Origin: Vicugna vicugna
Lineage: Eukaryota
Length of the DNA: 64,000 nucleotides
Direction: 5' to 3'
NCBI GenBank assembly: GCA_013265495.1
Contig: MU058802.1
Location: forward strand, 66,724 to 130,723
Below the pieces are notes generated by a model, which saw nothing but the letters and a program-made list of their open reading frames with translations, was not told the DNA's origin and ran no database searches. Of the stretch, positions 12,090 to 26,049 are shown piece by piece. Numbering within the stretch: the first letter of the stretch is position 1; every line of letters starts with the position of its first letter. The position numbers were made by a program, and so were the translations under genes.

Positions 12090-12514
12090 TGCCAGCAAGA
12101 GATGGGTTAGAACCCAACAGCCGCAGCAGCTCGGTGACAGAAAGAACTTAGCCAGACACAATCCAGTGCTCATTGTACTATAATTAACACTGGAGTTTAG
12201 CCCCGCCCCATGGGTTTTTCTGTGTACACCATGGGTAAGGACATGTGCAAAGGGGCCAAACATGACTAAGTATTCCAGGGACAAGAGCCATCAATCAATC
12301 AAGAGACCACCTCTAAGCAAGGGAATAAGAGGGAGGGGAGGCAAAAACTGCTGCATTTCCTTCCTTGGATCAGACCACCTCCTGTTCTTGGAGGTATATT
12401 TCTTATTTTTTAAATAAATCATAAAATATTTCACTACACAATGCACCATCTCTCGATTGTAAACGTATCTTTCAGGTATGACAAGGACTGGGGCCTTTAC
12501 CTTTTGGGGTAACA
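12090..12514 (-). mobile_element. Probable solo LTR (ERVL-class)
   Basis: The minus strand begins TGTTACCCCAAAAGG, similar to the start of the LTR at 8886. The left end is U5-like. No TSD is readable. Confidence 0.5.
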
Positions 12515-14394
12515 TCTACATTTTACCTACACCTTAACTCTAAGTTTCTCCAATTCTTCCTGGCCTCAAAAAACTGGTTTCTGGGCAGCTGAACAAATAA
12601 CTTTTTGGGACAATCGTGTTTAATACTTCTCTCATCAAGCTGGGTGATATTAGTTGCACTGAACTATTTCTGTCCAAGAACACTGCATTTTATTAGTGAA
12701 TAAGTACCCTGCTTGCAGACCCCAAAAGGACATTTAATTACCTTGAACATGAAAATATCCAGGTAAAAAAGAGAAGAGTTACTAATAGTATTTTTTGATG
12801 TTTGGTCATGTGTTAAAATAAGGCCTCTGCTTACTGGATATGAATTTTGCACCAGAGCAGAAACTGGAAATACATTGTAAGCCCATGCTGATATGTTAAT
12901 ACAACTTTGAATAATATTTCACAATAATAGAGAGAAAATTTTGATTTCAGTTCTGAACTAGGTAGAACTTGAAATAATAGGAGTAAACTAAGAAAGTCAT
13001 GTCAAACCCCCACTTCTGGTCATTATGGGATCCGACAATGACACATTGTAAGGCACCTGACTGTTGGCAGTAGAGAAGCCTCTTTAACCCAAAGGAAATC
13101 AGAAACAATAGATCTATTTTTCTGTGGACAATACACATCCAGGCAGCTTGATGTGTATGGGGTGCAATTTAAAGTGGAAATTAGCTCCAGGAAAGATAAT
13201 TGTTTGAAACGATTACAGAGATAAGACATGGCTGAAAACTGAATTTCAGCTGGAAAACTAAGAGGCATATCCAGAAGCCATTCTAGAATTGATCAAGCTT
13301 TTCTTTTTTTTATGGAAAGAGATAATTAAAAATGCAGAGATTTTCAGGAATAAAAATATTGATCTAGAGAATAAAAACGAGCTTGAAGACTCAGAAAATA
13401 CAGAGTTGTGAAATATGTCAGGCAATGGCTCCCTACTTTGTTTTTCCTCCTTAAGTGGGTGAACAACAACAAGCCGCTGGGTGAAGACATTTCAGTGTAA
13501 GTGGATAACTCAGTAACGCACAGTCAAAACTTTCTAGACAATCTGCCTACATTGCTCAATCAGCACTCTAAATGATAAGTGTTGAAGATAACGGGTTTAT
13601 GTAGGTATATTTGCATGTGTATGTGTGTATATGCATTGTGACATGGACAGAAATACTGAATAACGTGAGTATTTTAAACTTCTACTAGAAAATCAGTGTT
13701 GTTTTCAGTGTCATCTAATAAAGCTATTTTCTGTCCTTCAAAAATCTTAAACTTTAATAGAACAAATAAAAAAAATAGAAAATGTTTAGTAAAGTATCAT
13801 CTTATCATTTAGATAGGATCTGTGATAAAGATAAATGAGACAAATGTGTTTCAGTATTTACATCCATTTATTAAAAGGCTAATTTGAATGAAAATAAACC
13901 ATTCAAACATTCAAGATGCTTTTAAATGGGAAAAGAATAGACACTAACTATTCTGCCTACTGCTTTCTAGAGATCAAACTTTATGTTCGGCTTTTCTTTG
14001 TCCTCTGTATCTAGAGATAGAAAGTCATCTTTGTTCTGCTAGGAAGACATATGATTTTCCTCTTTTATTCATGCAAATATGATGCCAGAAGGCACATTTA
14101 GACAGGGTGGAGGGATCAAAGGACCTACTGTGTCCTGACAAAGAGACAAAGACAAAAAAAGCCCCTCATAAATCCTTCTTGCTGCAGAGCTGTCACAGAG
14201 GCAGGAGGAGGACCGTCTAGTGCAGAGCAGGTAACCTCCTGGGATCACAGGGCTTGAGACTCCCACCCCTCCCACTCTATGGTTCAAATCTTCAGGATCC
14301 CTCTGATAGTCTGGTCTTTGGAGAAAACCACACAGATAAGAGGAGCATATCCTGAGGGATAAGAACCTCCGGTGACTGATTCACGATGAATACA

Positions 14395-14439
14395 ATGAAC
14401 TGAACTGGACTGTACTGAACTGAACTGAACTGAACTGAA
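14395..14439. repeat. Imperfect (ACTGA)n pentanucleotide microsatellite
   Basis: tgaac tgaac tggac tgtac tgaac tgaac tgaac tgaac tgaa. Confidence 0.95.
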
Positions 14440-17400
14440 AGAGGGCTTGCTTCAGCAGAGCATATGGTAAAATGACTACAGTGTTTTGGAGAAAGGTAAA
14501 GATGATTATTTGAATGCCTGTGGGCTTCTGTGCTTATGTATGCCCACAGTGCCTGGGGAGGGACGTGAAACTACCAGATGATCACAGTAGAAGGGGAAGA
14601 GTGTCAGTCGCAAAGGGCAGGACTAGTTTACCACCTGAGTACCTCAAGTCACTAAGAAACAGCAACTGTACTAGATCCCCATTTTTTTTTTCCTATTTGG
14701 AAGCAGGATTAACCTTAGTTGAATATTAAAATAATAATAATAATAACCACTCTGGAATTTTGGTCAATTAAGAGAGTTCTATAGGAAGAAAAAATAACTT
14801 ATTGTAAACAAGGACAAATCTAGGTGGGAGGGGAGAAGAGGTACACAAATATGCAGCATATATTATAAAACAAAGATTGTCTCAATGTGCTGCTGTGAAC
14901 TGACCTAGAATGACTGCATTGTTCACAATTAGTGGGTAATTTTCATTAATACTATGAACCTCCTTCCCATAAGCATGCTATCAAACAGTGTGATAACAAT
15001 GAAAGTGAATAGCAGCCTGAATTCTGCCACAACTGCAAACATTTATTAGCAAACGATCAAGGGAATAGTTATAGAACCCAAGTTGTAAGCTTGAAGTAAT
15101 CACTGGCTCTCTGGCTTTTTTAGCAGCTCTAACAGGACGTATACAATAAGTCTAGTAACAGTATTCAGTTCACTTTCTAGTGTAATGACCCAACATACTT
15201 TTCCTATCTGTAGTTGGGATGCGATATGCCAGTATCTGGCTTGCCATTCCCAAGGGAAAAAATTCCTGAGTGTGTCAAAAGCCAACTAAGCATCACTGAT
15301 CATCTATGCTAAAGAGTTTAAATTAATTAAAGATCACATCATATATACAGATAAAGTTGACTAGCAACATTATTTCTTTCCTGATTACTTGGAAATACTT
15401 TCTTCTAAAATATCTAGGAAAGGTTCTGTTAGAGGTGATAGGAATTTGAAAAGAATAAATAGAATCATAAATTTATATTTTAAATGGATATGCTCTTTCA
15501 GAAGCTGGTTGCTTTTCTTGAGTGAAACAGACTTGAGGTGAGAGCAGGAAAGTAGCTGTTCACTGTGTCCAGGTAACCCACTTATTGTCCTGATGGGGGG
15601 TTATATAGTGTGCCAGTTCTGCAAGCTGCGCACTTACAAATCCTCTAGTTTTCTGTAGTATGTTGTATATCAATAAAAAGTTTAACAAAAAATGTTTTAA
15701 AAATTAAAAACAAACAATAAATGAATGGTGGATGCATAGTGGAAATGTTCTCAAATTGAATATAAAGTGAATCTGCACAAATTTTGCTTGGACTATGCTT
15801 CAGCTTGTACGTGAAAGATGTTTCGAGGATTTCCAGAAAAAAAGTGAGCATTCTAGGGTATATTGATGAGATATGTGGAAGATTTATTTTTGAAAAACGT
15901 TCCAAGTGCTATAGCATAAAGTGAATAAAGGAGTGTGGCATAGGAGGAATTAAGAAAGGAAAGTAGGAGGCAGACAAGGAATGCTTCACATTCCCAAATC
16001 AACAAATTAATGTCTCATTCTTTGTGAAATGTAAAGTCACTTAAATTGTATAGAATTGATAAGAAAAAGAAGGCGGAATAAAATCTTGGAGGTCAGGTAT
16101 ATGAAATGATCGATAGAAGTTCATGAACTTAGTGCTATTATTTGATCATTCCCAGCATTACAGGTAAGGGAACCAATTTACAACACGCTTAAAGAATTTG
16201 CATATATGGCAAACAGTAGACGCAAGATTCAAAGACAGCGCACTCAGAATGGCCCTACCACGGAATTACTGAAGCAAAGTGTAAATGGAAGTCACTGAGG
16301 ATAAGAAAGTTGAGGATTCAATGTGGAGGACTGGATGGATAATACATATGACTGGCTGAGTCTCTTGTTAGCAGAGATGAGGAATAAAGAGAACAACTTG
16401 CTAAGTATCAAATGCCGAGGCAGATATAACAGATGGAACTACCAGGAAGAGGATTGCAGTGGGTGATACACTGAGGTTCTGGGACTTCCAAGGAGTGCTT
16501 GCACCAGTCTCCAACAGATCTTGCAAAATACACAGGAATGATGAACAAATTTCCCTCAGGAGGCTACAAAGAGATTTTTGTTGGCCTTATGAATACATTT
16601 CAGTTAAGGTAAGAGGTTAGAGACATCATATTTTTAAGGGTAAATCTGAAAAAATGATATAATTTAGGTTTGTATGTTAAATTTATCCATAAATGCTTTG
16701 TCTTTAGTCAAAGTTTAAGTAGAATCTGCCAAAACGTAAGTCAGATCACTTTTTCTATTTCTAAAACTACTGTATTTATAAGGAAAATAGAATGTCTTTA
16801 GCAACTGATATTTTGCATAGGAAAAGTGAAAGAAATGTGGCTATAAAATACTGTTTAATTGATTTTAATTTGATACAATGGAACATGTAAGGTACAGGTA
16901 TTTAATTAGGTCAGAATTTTAGATCACCATTCCTTGCCTGACAGGAGCTATGTATTGCAGTGATTTACTCAATAAAAGGCAGACAAAAGATGCTAGGGAG
17001 ATAATCATGCATCAGGTGATACCAGTTTCTGATAGGATGACAGACACTGTGCCAAAAATTTAAGTGGGGTTTGGACTGTGATTACACACATAGCAGCAAA
17101 ACCATCTCTGAAACCTCTTTTGCCATGTGGGTCAGCCTTCTAAAGGGCTGCAGAAGTCAAGAAATAAGTTATTTACAATCCATTCATTTATAGCTATTGT
17201 GTTTTACACAAATCATTGTAACCTGGCTTCATCGAAAGAGCGTGCTTAGGATAATGGTTCAGTTTTCCAGTTACAATTTTGTAAAGAGATTCAGGAATAC
17301 TGAATTTATAATTTTGGCAATGTATGTAACTGTAATTCCTATCATTATATATAGAAGTTCTAACCTGGAAGTCTATCCGTTGATGCTCTAATCACATTCT

Positions 17401-20400
17401 GAAGTGCACAAAATAACCCAACTAGCCATTTAGCAAACAGTTCAGTTAGCTTAGGGTCAGCAGAGTCTGCTGATTTCTAAACATAGCCTTACAGTGCTAT
17501 CTGTAGGAACTAACATGACAGTATCTTCAAGACATATTTTTAATTTAAGAAAACGTAGAAGAGTATGTATATAAAGTTTGTGTCATTTACGTAAAAATGC
17601 ATGCACATTTATATGTTGTATGTACATACGTATATATACCTGTATACGCTAAATAACGTATATGAAAGAGAGAATTTCTATCTAGCTATTTACCTAGAAT
17701 ATATCTGAAAAAGGGCATAAGAAATTGGTAACTGTGGGCATTTTCACAGCAGTGAACTAGATTACAGAGTAACAAGGGTATAAAGAACACTTACATTTTG
17801 CATACTTTTTGTTCCTTGACATTTTGTGTCAAATATGTATTCTCTATTAATGTTATTTAATCACCAAATCAAAACCAAGAAAAGATGTTTGAATGTAGCC
17901 TTCTTGACAGTAGACCTCTGAGCAGTCAGGAGCTTGCATCTAACTCTGAGATTCTAGGGAGGTTAATAAATATTGGAGAGTGAATGTCAAAACAAAAATA
18001 ATAAAATTACAATGTTAAAAAGAAATGCAAGCCATTGGATTATTGTTAGTTTGGAAATACTAATGTTTTTGTTGGGAAAATTAAATTAGAAAGTTACCAA
18101 CAAGCATCATTTCTCCTAACCAATATACTGGGGATGCATCCACTCCTTTTTTTATATTCTAGTTTAAGGAGTAGCATGTGATTGCCATTTTCTTGGTCCA
18201 ACATTTAATTCAGAATATGTTTTTTTCCTATAAATTACATCAGTAAAGAGCTACTTTTTCTACCATTAAATATTTATCCACTCTCCAACTCTTAGTGTGT
18301 TTAATCTATCTGACATCAAGTTGACGAAGGCATAAAGTTACTTTGAACCTATTTTAGAAAAGAGTCCAATATACTTAGAAATAAGATCAAGTATTCTTGG
18401 TTAATTAAATATTTATATTTTAAATTTCTTTCCAAATATTAAATTTTTTATACTTAGATCCATATATGGATAGACAGATAGATAGATACTTAAATTATAA
18501 GTGGAAACCTTTAGAAAATGTTTCCCTTTTAGCTTTAATTTAGATATTTTGTTGTGATAAAAAATATACTCTCTTAAATCAAGAATTATAATCACAATAT
18601 TTAGTAGCAGTAATTATCAAGGCTGTTGGACAGTACTAAAACTCAGAGAATAATAGAAACCCCACAGGGGAAAGGATGATAATTACTGGTAATGCCAAAT
18701 AAATATCTCCTAAAAACAAAAGACAAAGCAATTAAAAATGGACTTAACCACATGTATGTCCCTTGTTTTGATGAAGGATATTTTGAACATTCCTATAAAT
18801 AAAGAATATATACCCACGGAAGTGTTTGATTGTCATTAAGTAGTCTTTCAAAATTGTTGAAAATTAGAGTGAGCTGATATACCAATAGATATTTTTGAAA
18901 GATTACAGATTTAAATAAAGAACTCCCCTAAGATTTTTACAACTGGATATTTTCCACCGTGAAATAATAATAGTAAAAGAACACATATTTCTGTAAAGGT
19001 CATAGCTGACAGTGATTATTATAAGCATTGTAAAGGAAAGGATCTCCTTTAAATATCTTAGTTTCATTCTAAATAGATGAGCTCATATAGTGTTTTTCCC
19101 CTTCAATTAAAATTTTTTAAAGTTTAATATGTTATTAATATATATATTTCAGTAAAAATGGCTCAGCCCACATTCTCTCAAGCCATATTAACAAGCCATA
19201 TGTTTATAATTTGCATCTTTACAAGAATAAACAATACAGTGTGTTTGGAAAGTAAATCATCCAGATAAAGTTATCCAGATACCTTAAGCGAAATTTATGT
19301 TAACTTTTAGCTTTTCCATTTGACAGAGCTTATCCTGTGTTTGCCTAGGCAATTGATTCTGTATTTTTGCATCACTGACATAAAATATAATCATATAATC
19401 ATAGTAAATGTGAGAAAACAAATTTACATAGCTATATTCTATTGAACATAACTGAGGGTTTTAAGACCTATGGCCATTTTCAGCATTGTCTTTTTTGTAT
19501 TTGAAATTTATTAAGTTCCCTTTTACTCTAAGTTTATTTTTAAAAACTGTATTATAATTTGTATAATCTTATAAAATTTTTTTCTTGAATTTATTGATAC
19601 AGTCATTTAGTTATTTTTCATTAAGTTTGAAATTTGGAATTGTCTTACATTATATAAAGAGATTTTCTCATATTGGCATGTTCTTAGATTCATGGTATAT
19701 ACTCTATTTAGTCATGTTATTTTTTAAAACTTTGTTTCTAGATTTAGTCTGCCAATATATTATCTTCGTATGTTTGCATGTAAGTCCATGAAAAATCTCT
19801 TATAATGACTTTGATTGGTTTGGACATCAATATAATATCAGTATCAAAAATTAACTGCAGTATAGGAGACCTCTCTATACTCTATTTGAAACTTCCTGTG
19901 AGTCTATAAGCATTTCAAAATGAAAAGTTTAATAAAGAAAATAAAAAAGAATGCCCTAAATGCACTATTACTCCATGCAACAACATGAATGAGCATTTAA
20001 GGTTGAGCAAAAGAAGCTCCATACAGTGAAGAAACACAGCATAATACCACATGTTGGGTTCAGCTTGGGTAATGGTCACAAGCCATAGTCTTTAAGTGGT
20101 GTAATACGTATTAATTCCTTCCAAGCAAAGAATCCACCTTTTTAACTTTATCTGTTGTCATATTGTCTCTATTTCCCTTTGCTACATTCTAAAATATTTT
20201 TAAACAGATGCTTACTATATAGGGGCCATAACAAGTGCATGGAAAGCATACAGTATATTTTGCTTTCCATTGTGCAGAGATGGGAAAAATAAGAACACAA
20301 AATCTCAATAGAAAGAAATTACATGTAAGTTAAAACTAGGAGCACAAATTGAAAAGAGGAAAACACAACTGCTTCTTTTTAGTTCATAGTAGAATTGTTT

Positions 20401-20772
20401 AAATATGATGAAAAAGAAGTTGAACTAACCTAGTTTTCTTAGTCAGCTTTCTCATAGAGGGAAAAGTAAAATGCTTCAGTTTTTTTACAGTGCGGAAACT
20501 TATTGTAGAATCACTTTGATAATCACATAGAAAACAGCCTTTGTAACAGTTTAGATGTAGGTCTATAGGTGATAAACATGGACTGAAACTTTTTTCATAA
20601 GCCTTCCATTCATTTGGCATATTAAATGAATTTTCCTTATGTGTCCGATAGTGAGGTTAGTATTTCTGATTTAAACAAAAAAGATTATAAGAAAGCAAAA
20701 TAGATTTTTCTGTTAATAGTCTACAGTTTAGCGGGCAAAATAGCCCAAAACACATAATGTCTTTAAAATAGT

Positions 20773-20815
20773 TGATGGTGATGATGGTGATGATGATGAT
20801 GATGATGATGATGAT
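20773..20815. repeat. (GAT)n microsatellite
   Basis: gatggtgatgatggt followed by pure GAT repeats. It produces the poly-Ile run in ORF 20657..21031. Confidence 0.97.
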
Positions 20816-21635
20816 CCTCAAAGAATTTGCTCGAAATGGCCACCCATACAAGCTCACATTAGCCATAGGCAAGAGCCAAAGAAATCTTATTGGTTCTTCA
20901 CAGTACATATAAAAGGAAGAACTCAAGTTAACAGTGAGTAAGAGGATCACAGGTACTCCTAGTTTGGAGTCTATGTTCATAAAATTAGTTTTTCTTTCTA
21001 TCATTTTGGAGGAAATTTCTTGTTTTTCCACTCACTGTGATACAGGAAAACCAAGAAAAGTAGCACTTAAAGCTTAATATGTGATCAGCAATACAATGAC
21101 ATAAAACTATAACAGAAGAAATAAAAGTATAATAATAAAGTAATAAAAAAAGAAGTTTAGAATAGCATATAAGGAAGTAGTGGCAGTTCCCGTCCTCAGG
21201 AGTGGCGATTGTGCAGCAACGTCTACATGACACTTATTTACACTCAATAACTGTCCTATGATACATTTCTCAGAATATTGAACTCTGGTTTCTGGGTGAT
21301 TATTAAAATACCTGATAATAAATCTGTCTTGGAGTTGAAAATGGATGGTAATAGGTGAAGTTATTTAAGTGTAATACAAATTTCCTAGAAGGAGAATAGC
21401 TTAGTCCAAGTCATAACTAAATGGTTCCATAAAAAGGAAAATATTTTAAAGGAAATACTGTTCTTTTGTGATAACCCTCAGAACTCAAGATAATAGGTCA
21501 GCCGTCTGCCTTTACAACGTAGATGGGGAATTTTGGCATCATAGATGCATCAGTTTCCTGTGATTCATGGGTATAAATTGTTCACTGAAAGGTATAGACG
21601 ACTCCTCTTCAAAATAGCATTTATTTGAGTCTCTC

Positions 21636-21657
21636 TGTGTGTGTGTGTGTGTGTGTG
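21636..21657. repeat. (TG)n microsatellite
   Basis: About 11 TG units, continuing as alternating purine-pyrimidine cgcacacgtgtg. Confidence 0.97.
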
Positions 21658-23189
21658 CGCACACGTGTGGTGTGGAAGGGGAGAAGAATAGTGATTATGT
21701 CTCCCTCCCAAAATTAAAATGTAAGCCCACATGTATAAGATATTTAAATGACTATTTATTTATTTTTCTAACCTATAGACGACTGAGTGACTCTAGATGA
21801 CTTGCCGATACCAGTGCCTACATATTAGATTCATTCCAACAATCGAGATTACAATACAATGTTATACTTTACAGCTGTGCTGTCACTCAAAATCTAACAT
21901 GTTTAGGGAAGTGTCCAGAGTTGTTTTAGGATCACAGTTTGCTCATTTTTGCATTAATTACTGATTTTTAAAAAAAATCTGGCTAGGAGAAAACTAATAA
22001 TTTGGGGATCTAAATTATCTGGGAAACTGTTTCCTATTAAAAATGTAAGCTTAAGACATGTTTCAGGAAGGACACACCTAGAGATTGCACACAAAGGAAA
22101 TCCATGTGTAATGAAGTAAATTCAGTAGATAAATGTAACAAGTGAAAAGACCAGGTGCAATTATAGCCCCAAATCTGTCTGTGTGTTTGTATAATTAAAA
22201 CAATTTGAGCGATAAGTAGGTCCGATAAGATAAAAAGATTTGCCCAAATCTAGAAGCTAGTTATAATATCTAAAATGTAAGAGTGGAAGTTCCATAAGCC
22301 TTTCCACTCAGTTATCTCATTCTGCGCTTTGAGAAAAAACCCTGAGATCTGGTAAATTGAAATAGAGCAAAAAACTTTACAGCAGCAACCTGCTCCTTCA
22401 CACTGTGGCCATGGAGTAATGAGAGGTCAAGACCAGTGATCATCTATCTCCATAATTTCACTAACAATTGACAAACACAATTTAGAAACTGCCAAAAAGT
22501 GAAATTGATCTTGTTCTTAGCAAAAATTGTATCTATCTGTTTAGATTTCTCTACTATGCTATGATAGCCACTATGATAAAGAATTCATACACATCCATCA
22601 ATAAGACTATGAAAGTACTACTTTGTAAATGGTTTGATTCAATTTACAGAACAGAAATCCCATTTAAATGATATATCTTAGAGAGAACTTGGAAATCCTC
22701 TAATAACGTATTTTTTTCTTTATATTTACTACACGCAGCCATGATTTTGAAGCAACCACGGTTAAGGTATGTACAACTGTTCAAAAAGTTTGAAGATGTT
22801 AATACCTAGTTTTCCTATGAGCTAACACTATCTCTTTTGGAATTTTCTCTACCTTGTAAAATCATATTTTTTTCTTGGATAGTTGAAATATTAGGCAATC
22901 ATTGTACATTATTTTGGAAAGAGAAATTTTAGACACATAAATAAAAAGAAACATTATGCAAATCAAATTCTATTAGTAAGTTATAGCAAGCTGGAGATGG
23001 ATGCATACATATGATACTTTTCTAAGTGAGGTCCAAAATAAATATGACTTTGCCCACTCTGAAGACAAATCAGAGCCTTTATATTTCCTGCATAACACAG
23101 AGTCTCTATCCCTTGACTATAATTTTCTTCTGTTTTTAGTTTCTTTATGTATTATTTTACTATATTTATAAAAATTCTGGTAATTTTTA

Positions 23190-23836
23190 AATTAATAAGC
23201 TACTTTTTAATAGTAGTTATGCATTTACAAAAAACTGAGCAGAGAGGACAGTTTTCATATACCCCTTTCCTCCAACAAGCACACACACCTGCCCACCTAC
23301 CCATACACACATACAGTATTTCCTTTATTACTAACATCTTGCTTTAGTGTGGTAAGTTTGTTATACTTCATGAGCCAAAATTGATATAATATTGCTAACT
23401 AAAGTCCACAGTTACATTAGAGTCACTCTTTGTACATGCTATGGGTTTTGACAAATGCACGATGACATATCCCACCATTACAGTATTACACATAGTAATA
23501 TCATTGCCCCCATGATGCCCTGTGTTCCACCTTTTATCCTCCTTCCCTCATCCCCAACCCACTGGAAACCACAGAACTTTTTTATTGTTTTTGCCTTTTC
23601 TACAATGTCATATGGATGGAATCATACAGTATTTAGCCATTTTAGATTAGTTACTTTCAGTTAGCAATATGCATTGAAGTTTCCTTCATGTGTTTTTGTG
23701 GCTTGATAGCTCATTTCTTTTTTATCACTGAATAATATTCCAGCGTCTGGATGTCATACTGTTTGTTTATCCAGTCACCTACTGAAAGACATCTTTGTTG
23801 CTTGTAAATTTCAGAAATTTTGAATAAAGCTGCTAT
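23190..23836 (-). mobile_element. L1 3' end (L1MC/L1MD-like)
   Basis: taactaaagtccacagt..atgggttttgacaaatgca..gtggcttgatagctcatttc..tgaataaagctgctat. Segment 23630-23830 is reverse-complement-similar to 39280-39490. Confidence 0.85.
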
Positions 23837-24978
23837 GTTTCGTGTTTGTTTCATGCTTACCAAAAGTGGGATATATTTAATTTAATGATTGATTTTGCCT
23901 TTCACAACTGTTTTAAGCCAAGTATTTCTTGTTTTTAAGTCAAACAAATCAAGTTCTGCAGGAATATACCAGTAAAAGCTAGAATTATGTAAACTAATAA
24001 TTGGTGTTATCATTTGTCCAAGGTCCCCTACCTGACAGAGAGTCCTTCAAGAGTAACTGTACATTTGAACTGCCTGATCTACACAGAAAGCCTGAGACAT
24101 TTAAATACAAACATGCTAAGATATTTAGGAGAACAAGAATTTTTTTTTAGTATATATGGGCACATTACTATTACAAAACATGGATGTCATATTATTATAA
24201 TAGGAAATAAGACACTCAGGGCTACTGCAAAATTCCAAACTACTTATTACATTTTACTTTAATAACTTCTCAGTAGCACAAAAAGTACTGAAGTCTTATA
24301 TTATGGAAAATAGAAATTTTTTAATGAAAAGAGTAGGAATATAAAGGAAAATACAGTGCCACAGGAAAGTACTTACAATCAAGTATCGGTAAAGGAACGC
24401 CTATATGTTTATTACCCTAGCATAAATTGACATTCCAGGTTTTTGTGGTCCACTAAGCCAGAGCCTGTTCAGGAAAATCTGAAAAAATACCTTTGCAATT
24501 CACTTGTTTTTAACTCTTCTTTCTCTTTCTTATGTTAAAAAATTAGCTCCACAGATTCACAGACTTAACCTATTTCTATCATTGCTAAATACCTAACATA
24601 TAGAATATTGCTTACACATTATACATGCTCGATGTACGCTTATAGAATAAGTTAATAACTATCTTTGGAATAGAGAATTCAGTGTGCTTTCTCCAACACT
24701 GATCGGGTGAATCTCAGAATGATATGATTTCTGGGCACTGGGTGAAAGTCCATGAAAGTAACCTAAAAGATAAGACTATAATATTATCATTTATGGTTAA
24801 AAAATCCTTGAAGAATATGTGTATGCAATATATATTTTATGTATAGGTAATATTGCATGTATAATATGTTATCATTTAATATATACATAAGTAGAAATAC
24901 AATATATATACACACATACACACAAGGTATATTTAAACTTAAACTCTGACATTTAATTTTTTTGAAAGTTGCCATTTC

Positions 24979-25537
24979 TGTTAGATTTTAAAATGGCCAC
25001 AAATTTCCTCCCTTGTTGCAACTGTTCTATTGTATTGCGATACTGTGGATCCTCCCAAGAAGAGGTAAAATCGTTCCCTCCACTTTGATTCTGGCTTGAC
25101 GAAAAGGCTTGTTTTGGCCATAGGACGTTATAAATGAAATGCAAACTTAGGCTTGAAAAGTGTTTGCACATTAGCACGTGCTTCCTTGCTGTCCTTTGGA
25201 ACCCTGAGACAACCATGGAGTATCACAGGAAGTAGCCCAGTCTCTCCTACTGGGTGACAAGGAACCATGAAGAGCAGAAATGAGTTGTCCCAGCATAGCC
25301 CCTATTCCATCAGGCTGCCAACTGCTGAACATTAGAGTGAAGCTGTCCTGGAACACCTAGTAGCCGGGTGACTCATCAGCTGGCAACAGACGCCTGAGGG
25401 AACCCAGCAGAGATCAGCTGAGCTGGCTCCAAAGAATTACACGGTTGAGCCACAGACTTACGGGCTAAATAAAACGATTTTACTTTAATCCACTAAGTTT
25501 GTATAAGTTTATTACGCAGGAAAATCTGACTGATACA
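24979..25537 (+). mobile_element. MaLR LTR (MLT1E/F-like)
   Basis: Starts tgttagattttaaaatggccacaaattt; ends ccactaagttt..tattacgcag..ctgactgataca. Confidence 0.85.
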
Positions 25538-26049
25538 CTCTTCATGTTTTTATACTTTGCAAACATGTGTCCAAGGTACAATTTCATTTTAAAAAGTTTA
25601 AATTAGGATAAGATGTTGTGAAGCTAATACATTGCATAAGTACAGAAGTAGGCTTAGTAATGTGCCAGAGTGCACTACAGATGAATTAGAAATAATCTAA
25701 TGGTTTTGTAACTATGTACTCAAAAAACATTTCTTTCACATTCTCTTGCATTAATAACAGTTTTGTGTCATTATAATAGTCCATCAGATCTAAATATGAA
25801 TGCATTGAATGCATTTTTGTGTGTGTGATTCTTCAGTGACTACATCTACAGTGTTCCTCAATTTTGCTTTCTGATTGTCTGATATCTATTCTTATTTTTA
25901 GTCCCTTTTATTTAATGTCCCCCCCTCCAAATACATGACTTTATCTTATTTCCTATGAAAACACTCACTTGGGGGTACATACATTTTTTAATTACTCATT
26001 TTATAACATTTTAGTTAAGTTTAAATATACAGGCACACACATATATACT

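Noticed and set aside
11946..12284. 112-aa ORF
   Set aside because: Spans LTR junctions and shows no protein-like signal.
17218..17365. Open minus-strand frame (VRTSIYNDRNYSYIHCQNYKFSIPESLY...)
   Set aside because: No good donor, weak acceptor and no recognisable homology.
20657..21031. 124-aa ORF with a poly-Ile pseudo-transmembrane run
   Set aside because: The run comes from the (GAT)n microsatellite; the rest looks random.
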